Shown: in pieces, positions 58,374 through 64,000 of the stretch | Position numbering within the stretch: position 1 is the stretch's first letter | Layout of the letters: every line of letters begins with the position of its first letter | Source: Candidatus Multivorans sp. | Lineage (GTDB): Bacteria; Acidobacteriota; Thermoanaerobaculia; Multivoradales; Multivoraceae | Assembly (NCBI GenBank): GCA_965224025.1 | Contig: OZ245033.1 | Span: forward strand, 4,480,001-4,544,000 | Direction: 5' to 3' | DNA length: 64,000 nt | Program-made: the position numbers and the translations under genes | The notes under the pieces: model-generated | What the model was told of the DNA's origin: nothing | The model's database searches: none | The model's input: the letters and a program-made list of their open reading frames with translations, nothing else

Positions 58374-59315
58374 ATGGCCGAGGCCTTCGACACCCCGACA
58401 ACCATCTGCGGACCGCTGCGCTCCCCCCGGCAGATGCTCGCCGAGCAGGAGTACGGCGGCCACATGTCGATCCACGACGATTCGACGGCCGAGCGGATGG
58501 GGTTCCAGGCCGGCGGCCCGATCGAGGGTCCGACCCACTTCAGCCAGTTCGATCCCCTGCTCTACGGCCTGTGGGGTCGTGAATGGTTCGAGACCGGCTG
58601 CCTGAGCGCCCACTACCGGAACATGGTCGTCGACGGCGAGCAGGTCCGTGCCTTCGTCGAGCAGCCGAGCAAGGGTCAGACGCAGATACGCGTCCGGGCG
58701 GAAAAGGCGGACGGCACGGAGGTCTTGATCGGTACCGCGTCGATTCGCGGCAATGTCGAATCCTCCGAGATCGCGACCCGGATGACACGCCTGCGGCCGC
58801 CCGGGCCCCTCGTCATCATGCGCGACGTGGCGGTCGGGATGAAGGGCACGGGCCTTGAAGAGGTAAGGATGGACTTCGACCAGAACATGGGCCATCTCTA
58901 TCCGTTCAGCCTCAACCAGAAGCTGGCCGCGATCACGGAGCCGTCACCGTGGTACACCGAAGACGAAGGCGGCAGTTCGCCCTGGGGCCGGGCGATCATC
59001 CCGCGGGAGATGGTCAGCGTGCTCGGTGGCTACTCGAACCGCAAGTCCGGGTTCTCGCCTCGCGGACCGGCCCTGGGCCTGTTCGCGGGCCAGCAGATCC
59101 GCATGATCCGCGGGCCCCTGTTCGTGGGCCACGACTATCTGCTCGAACGGGAGATCGTCGCTTTGAGCGAGAGCCGGCGCACCGAGTCGTACTGGGTCAA
59201 GACCACCTACGTGGACGCGGAGTCGAATGAGCCCGTCGCCGAGATGATCCTGAACCATGCGACGCTGAAGCACGCCTTCGAAGGCTACGAAGAAGAACTG
59301 GCGGCCATGGCATGA
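58374..59315 (+). CDS. Hypothetical protein, probable double hotdog fold
   Basis: GAGGAG RBS, SIHDD..A...GF.....EGPTH, second half SPWGRAIIP...GPLFVG. Confidence 0.7.
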   Translation: MAEAFDTPTTICGPLRSPRQMLAEQEYGGHMSIHDDSTAERMGFQAGGPIEGPTHFSQFDPLLYGLWGREWFETGCLSAHYRNMVVDGEQVRAFVEQPSKGQTQIRVRAEKADGTEVLIGTASIRGNVESSEIATRMTRLRPPGPLVIMRDVAVGMKGTGLEEVRMDFDQNMGHLYPFSLNQKLAAITEPSPWYTEDEGGSSPWGRAIIPREMVSVLGGYSNRKSGFSPRGPALGLFAGQQIRMIRGPLFVGHDYLLEREIVALSESRRTESYWVKTTYVDAESNEPVAEMILNHATLKHAFEGYEEELAAMA

Positions 59316-59382
59316 ACAACGACACGTTGAAGCACGCCTTCGCCAACTACGAAGAAGAGAGCGCGGCCATGGCATGAACAAC
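59262..59382 (+). repeat. Tandem duplication (2 x 59 bp, period 62) of the last codons of the upstream gene
   Basis: 59262..59320 versus 59324..59382, 9 mismatches counted by eye. Confidence 0.9.
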
Positions 59383-59439
59383 CGAGGAGATGCAGGCGGG
59401 TTTCTGCGATCGGGTAGAAGTGGTGAGCCCCTCCCACAC

Positions 59440-61176
59440 ATGACGGAAGAGAAGTCCGAGTCGATCCACGGCCAGATGACCTATGACGAGTCGGTCGCCC
59501 ACCTGACCGCCGCGGGCGCCGACTGGGAGCTGGTGACGGAGACGGTTCGCGGCGTCGAGTACAAGGTCTTCAAGAACCTGCCGGCGACGCTCTGCTGTGT
59601 CTACGACCAGGCGCGGCAGGACCACGGCGACAAGGACTTCCTCGTCTTCCAGGACACGCGCCTGACCTACAACGAGGCATACGAACGCGCGGCCGCGATC
59701 GCCCACCAGTTGACCCACCGCTACGGCGTCGAGAAGGGCGACTGCGTGGCCATCGGCATGCGGAATTACCCGGAGTGGGTGATCGCCTTCATGGCGATCA
59801 CCTCCTCCGGCGCCATCTCGGTGTCGCTGAACGGCTGGTGGTCGGGCGAAGAGCTGGAGTACGGCTTCAAGGACTCCGGCGCCAAACTCGCCTTCTTCGA
59901 TCAGCAGCGCTACGAACGGGTGGCCAGCCGGTTGCCCAAGCTCGGCGTGAAGAGCATCGGCGTGCGCTGGGAGGAGGAGCTGCCCGACGGCGTGGACGAC
60001 TTCGACGAGCTGTGGCGCGAGGGAGCGGGCCAGCCGATGCCCGACGTCGACCTCGGCCCCCACGACGACGTGACGATCCTCTTCACCTCCGGCACCACCG
60101 GCTTCCCCAAGGGGGCCGTCTCGACGCATAGGGGCGTGCTCAGCGGCATCGGCAGTTGGGGCTTCTACGGCGCCCAGCGCATCGCCATGGGCCTGCTCGA
60201 AGAACCGGACGAGAACCCCGAGTTCCAGCCCTCGATCCTGATGCCCCTGCCGCTGTTCCACGTCAGCGGCAGCCACGCCGGCCTGCTCGCCTCGTTCGGC
60301 GCCGGCCGCAAGATCGTGATGATGTACAAGTGGAACCTGGAACACGGCCTGGAACTCATCGAACGGGAGCGCGTCACGTCCTTCAACGGCGTGCCGACGA
60401 TGACCTGGGAGATGCTGCAGTCGCCTTCGCTCAAGGAGCGCGACCTGCGCAGTCTGGTCGCCGTGTCCGGCGGCGGCGCGCCGATCCCCGGCGGCATGGT
60501 GGACCGCCTGCAGGTTCTGATGCCCGACAAGCACTGGTCCTTCGGTTGGGGGATGACGGAAACCAACGCCGGCGGCGCCGGCAACACGGACGAAGGGCTG
60601 GTCGAGAAGCCCGACAGTTGCGGCAAGCCGTGCCCGATCGTCGAACTGAAGATCATCGACGACTACGGCAACGAACTGCCGTCCGGCGAGCAGGGCGAAC
60701 TGATCATGAAGTCGTCGATGAACATCCGCGGCTACTGGAACCGCCCGGAAGCGACCGCGGAGACGATCCAGGACGGCTGGCTGCGCACCGGCGACATCGC
60801 CGAGATCGACGAGGACGGCTTCCTCTACATCCGCGACCGCAAGAAGGACATGGTGCTGCGCGGCGGCGAGAACATCTACTGCGCCGAGATCGAGCGCGTC
60901 GTCTACCAGCATCCCGCCGTCTACGAGGCCGCGGCCTTCGGCGTCCCCGACGACCGGCTGGGCGAGGAGTTGGCCGTAGTGGTCGTGCCCAAGGACGGCG
61001 CCGAGCTCGACGCCGCCGATGTGCGAGCCCACGTCGGCGAGCATCTCGCCCGCTTCAAGGTGCCTCGCTACGTCTGGCTCCAGGAGGAGCAGTTGCCGCG
61101 CGGCGCTACCGAGAAGATCCACAAGCGCGCGCTGCGCGACCAGATGCTGCGGGAAGCCCCGGAGTTCCAGTCGTGA
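59440..61176 (+). CDS. Class I adenylate-forming enzyme (long-chain fatty acid-CoA ligase-like)
   Basis: FTSGTTGFPKG, PLFHV, GWGMTET, WLRTGD, RGGENI. Confidence 0.92.
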   Translation: MTEEKSESIHGQMTYDESVAHLTAAGADWELVTETVRGVEYKVFKNLPATLCCVYDQARQDHGDKDFLVFQDTRLTYNEAYERAAAIAHQLTHRYGVEKGDCVAIGMRNYPEWVIAFMAITSSGAISVSLNGWWSGEELEYGFKDSGAKLAFFDQQRYERVASRLPKLGVKSIGVRWEEELPDGVDDFDELWREGAGQPMPDVDLGPHDDVTILFTSGTTGFPKGAVSTHRGVLSGIGSWGFYGAQRIAMGLLEEPDENPEFQPSILMPLPLFHVSGSHAGLLASFGAGRKIVMMYKWNLEHGLELIERERVTSFNGVPTMTWEMLQSPSLKERDLRSLVAVSGGGAPIPGGMVDRLQVLMPDKHWSFGWGMTETNAGGAGNTDEGLVEKPDSCGKPCPIVELKIIDDYGNELPSGEQGELIMKSSMNIRGYWNRPEATAETIQDGWLRTGDIAEIDEDGFLYIRDRKKDMVLRGGENIYCAEIERVVYQHPAVYEAAAFGVPDDRLGEELAVVVVPKDGAELDAADVRAHVGEHLARFKVPRYVWLQEEQLPRGATEKIHKRALRDQMLREAPEFQS

Positions 61177-61210
61177 CGCCATCTCGCCAGGCCTCCGCAT
61201 CGACGACCAG

Positions 61211-61723
61211 ATGACCACCGACGAAGTCCGGATCGAACCCGGCGATCCCGCGGACCCCGCGTTCGCGCGCCTGCACGAGGCGCTCGACCGCGAACTTGGC
61301 GAGCTCTACCCCGCGGACAGCATCTACAGCGTCGAGCCGGACAAGCTGGACGCCCCGGGCTGCTGCCTGCTCCTCGGCCGGACGGCTGGCGGCGAGGCCG
61401 TCGCCTGCGGCGCGCTCCGCCGCCTCGGCCCCGAGCAAGCCGAAATCAAGCGGATGTACGTGGCGCCGGAGCACCGCCGCCAGGCCTTGGGGCGGCGCAT
61501 CCTCGAAGAGCTCGAAGCCCGCGCCGCGGCCTTCGGCTACCGCTCGCTCCGCCTCGAGACGGGCGAGATGCAGCCGGCGGCGATCAATCTCTACCGCTCC
61601 TTCGGCTACGTCCAGATCCCCTGCTACAACGAATACGCCTACGATCCGCACAGCCTCTGCTTCGAGAAGAAACTCGACGGGGGCGGCGGCCAGGAGCTTG
61701 CGCCGCAGAACGCAACGCTGTGA
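61211..61723 (+). CDS. GNAT acetyltransferase
   Basis: AEIKRMYV, LRLETG..QP.AI.LY...GY, SLCFEK. Confidence 0.88.
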   Translation: MTTDEVRIEPGDPADPAFARLHEALDRELGELYPADSIYSVEPDKLDAPGCCLLLGRTAGGEAVACGALRRLGPEQAEIKRMYVAPEHRRQALGRRILEELEARAAAFGYRSLRLETGEMQPAAINLYRSFGYVQIPCYNEYAYDPHSLCFEKKLDGGGGQELAPQNATL

Positions 61724-61747
61724 AGTTTGGGGCGCAAACTTCATGGA

Positions 61748-61801
61748 ACAAGCCCTGTTTCCTGTGCGTCAGCGCGGCGCGGACGCCGCGACTCGACTCC
61801 T
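61748..61801 (-). repeat. 54-bp intergenic repeat, family B, copy 2
   Basis: Exact inverted copy of 36176..36229. Confidence 0.9.
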
Positions 61802-61867
61802 GGCGAGGTCGGCCTGGGGCCAAACACGGAGCCTGCGACGGGTTTGGCGGCGCTAGTATCCGGCGCA

Positions 61868-62497
61868 ATGGCCAGCACCGACCCGATCGGCCGCCGCCGC
61901 GCTCTTCAGGTAATCGGCGGCGCCGCCGCGCTGCCCCTGTTGCCGGAGGAACTGTTCGCGAATACCCACCTCGCCCATGTCCACCTGCACCAGCAGGAAA
62001 CCGCCGGCGAGCCCGCCCCGCTCACCGTCCTCGCCGAGCACCAGGCCAGGACGCTGAAGGCGATTGCCGAGCGCATCCTGCCGGCCACGGACACCCCGGG
62101 CGCCGGCGACGCCGGAATCCCCGGCTTCGTCGACCGGCTGCTGGAGGGCTGGCTGCCGGAGAGGGCCCGGCGACACCTGCTCTCCGAGCTCGACCGCTTC
62201 GACGCGCGGGCGCGGGAACGCTCCCGTCAGGCGGCCGACGGCGCCGGCTTCGTCGATCTCTCCGACACCCGGAAGGACGAACTCCTGACCGAGGCCCAGG
62301 ACCAGGCGCTCGCCCAGCGGGACGGCCGCGCCTTCTCGCGCAACTCGGACCGCCTCCACGAACAACCGTTCTTCGACCTGGTCAAATGGCTGACCCTGTT
62401 CGGGTACTACACCTCCGAAGCGGGCATGAAGTCGGAACTCGGCTACCGGATCGTGCCGGGACGTTGGGACCCCTGCGTCGATGTCGAGGACGCTTGA
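61868..62497 (+). CDS. Gluconate 2-dehydrogenase subunit 3-like protein (Tat signal)
   Basis: GRRRAL Tat motif, ILPATDTPGA, FF..VK.LT..GYYTSE.G. Confidence 0.85.
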   Translation: MASTDPIGRRRALQVIGGAAALPLLPEELFANTHLAHVHLHQQETAGEPAPLTVLAEHQARTLKAIAERILPATDTPGAGDAGIPGFVDRLLEGWLPERARRHLLSELDRFDARARERSRQAADGAGFVDLSDTRKDELLTEAQDQALAQRDGRAFSRNSDRLHEQPFFDLVKWLTLFGYYTSEAGMKSELGYRIVPGRWDPCVDVEDA

Positions 62498-62510
62498 GGC
62501 CGCCGCTACC

Positions 62511-64000
62511 ATGGTTCAGATCATCGAGCGCAAGGTCTGGGACGCGATCGTCATCGGCTCCGGCATCACCGGCGGCTGGGCGGCGAAGGAACTGACCGAA
62601 AAGGGCCTCCAGACGCTCGTGCTGGAAGCCGGCCCGCCGGTGGTCCCCGAGCGCGACTACAACGAGCACACTCCGCCCTGGCAGATGCCGTACCGGGGCC
62701 TGAGGGACCGCAAGCACCAGGCCGAGCGCCAGCCGGTCCAGAGCCGCGCGGGCGCCTGCGACGAGTGGTCGAGCAAGTTCTTCGTCGACGACATCGACAA
62801 CCCCTACTCGGTCGGCGAAGGCGCCCAGCAGTTCCTGTGGATTCGCGCCCGCGTGGTCGGCGGACGTTCCCTGCTCTGGGGCCGGCAGAGCTACCGCTGG
62901 AGCGATCTCGACTTCGGCGCCAACGCCCGCGACGGCTACGGCACGGACTGGCCGATCCGCTACCGGGACCTGGCGCCCTGGTACGACCATGTGGAGTCCT
63001 TCGTCGGCATAGCCGGCCAGCCCGAGAACATGCCGCAACTCCCGGACGGTGAGTTCCTGCCGCCGATCGCCCAAAGTTGCATGGAAGAGCGGGTCCGAGA
63101 GGGCCTCGACCGGGCCTTTGGGGGCACGCGCCGGTTCACGCCCGCCCGGGTCGCCGTGCTCACCCGGCACCACAACGGCCGCCGCGCCTGCCACTACTGC
63201 GGTATCTGCCGTCGCGGCTGCATAGCCAAGTCGTACTTCTCGAGCCTCAACGCCACCCTGCCGGCCGCCGAGGCGACCGGCCGGCTGACCGTGCGCCCCA
63301 ACAGCGTCGTCTACAACCTGATCTACGACGAGCAGCAGGACCGGGTGACCGGGGTCCACCTGATCGACGGCGAGTCCGGCGAGTCGGTCGAGGTCCACGG
63401 CCGCCTCGTCTTCCTGTGCGCGTCGACGATCGAGTCCGCCCGCATCCTCCTGAACTCGGCGACGCCCCGCTTCTCCGAGGGCCTGGCCAACTCGAGCGGC
63501 CAGGTCGGCCGCAACCTGATGGACCACATCTTCCAGGCAGGCGCGAACGGCAACCTCGACGGCCTCGAAGACAAGACGACCTTCGGCCGCCGGCCGAACT
63601 CCTGCTACCTGCCGCGCTTCGTCAACCTCGACGGCGATCAGGCCGAGACGACCCGTGAGAAGGACTTCCTGCGCGGCTTCGGCTATCAGTGCGGCGCACG
63701 GCGGCCGACGCAGTGGCAGTCCGGCATCGGCCAGGCGGGGTTCGGCGCCGACTACAAGGCCAGCCTGCGCGGCCTCGGACCGTGGCGGCTCAACTTCGGC
63801 GGCTTCGGCGAGAACTTGCCGAACCCCGACAATCGGGTGACCATCGACCCGGAACTCAAGGACCGCTGGGGCATCCCCGCTGCCCGGATCACGATGAACT
63901 ACGGCGAGAACGAAGCGGCGATGCGGGAGAGCATCCAGACCCGCGCCGCCGAGATGCTGGAGGCCCTGGGTGCGAAGAACATCCGCACCTTCAACCGCAA
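62511..64000 (+). CDS. GMC flavoprotein oxidoreductase (glycoside 3-dehydrogenase-like), partial; absent from ORF track
   Basis: MVQIIERKVWDAIVIGSGITGGWAAKEL, GGRSLLWGRQ, CHYCGICRRGC, GRNLMDH. Open to the window end. Confidence 0.88.
   Translation, partial: MVQIIERKVWDAIVIGSGITGGWAAKELTEKGLQTLVLEAGPPVVPERDYNEHTPPWQMPYRGLRDRKHQAERQPVQSRAGACDEWSSKFFVDDIDNPYSVGEGAQQFLWIRARVVGGRSLLWGRQSYRWSDLDFGANARDGYGTDWPIRYRDLAPWYDHVESFVGIAGQPENMPQLPDGEFLPPIAQSCMEERVREGLDRAFGGTRRFTPARVAVLTRHHNGRRACHYCGICRRGCIAKSYFSSLNATLPAAEATGRLTVRPNSVVYNLIYDEQQDRVTGVHLIDGESGESVEVHGRLVFLCASTIESARILLNSATPRFSEGLANSSGQVGRNLMDHIFQAGANGNLDGLEDKTTFGRRPNSCYLPRFVNLDGDQAETTREKDFLRGFGYQCGARRPTQWQSGIGQAGFGADYKASLRGLGPWRLNFGGFGENLPNPDNRVTIDPELKDRWGIPAARITMNYGENEAAMRESIQTRAAEMLEALGAKNIRTFNR

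Noticed and set aside
59262-59382. DGR template/variable repeat pair
   Set aside because: Mismatches are not confined to adenines of one copy and there is no reverse transcriptase in the window. The same applies to 23378/27833.

Overview
This is a GC-rich bacterial chromosomal window with about 50 real genes. The gene content (several PQQ beta-propellers, CxxCH cytochromes, a carboxypeptidase-regulatory-like repeat protein, three SSS transporters) resembles Acidobacteriota or Planctomycetota; that taxonomic call is inference only. I saw no rRNA, tRNA, CRISPR array, integrase or transposase. The main observations are: (1) A ~10 kb defence island (8.0-18.0 kb) encodes a PLD-nuclease/SNF2-like helicase next to a Type ISP-like N6-adenine methyltransferase that ends in a LexA-like S24 autopeptidase domain. 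The pair is interrupted by three -1 frameshifts. The island also holds a reversed-order HipA-like kinase/HipS-like pair and a decayed vapBC. (2) A UGSC-motif selenoprotein, which the ORF track splits, has an in-frame TGA at 49430-49432 followed by an fdhF-like SECIS hairpin, and appears translationally coupled to a sialidase-like gene and an SSS transporter. (3) There are three separate duplications of gene 3' ends, one of which brackets a 4.3 kb insert. (4) There are two dispersed palindromic repeat families, with one short unit lying in frame inside a CDS. (5) Other oddities are an MNT-HEPN fusion, an orphan VapC, and an uncharacterised 4TM + vWA-like gene pair coupled to a cytochrome c/PQQ dehydrogenase operon. 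All family calls come from reading motifs by eye, not from database searches.
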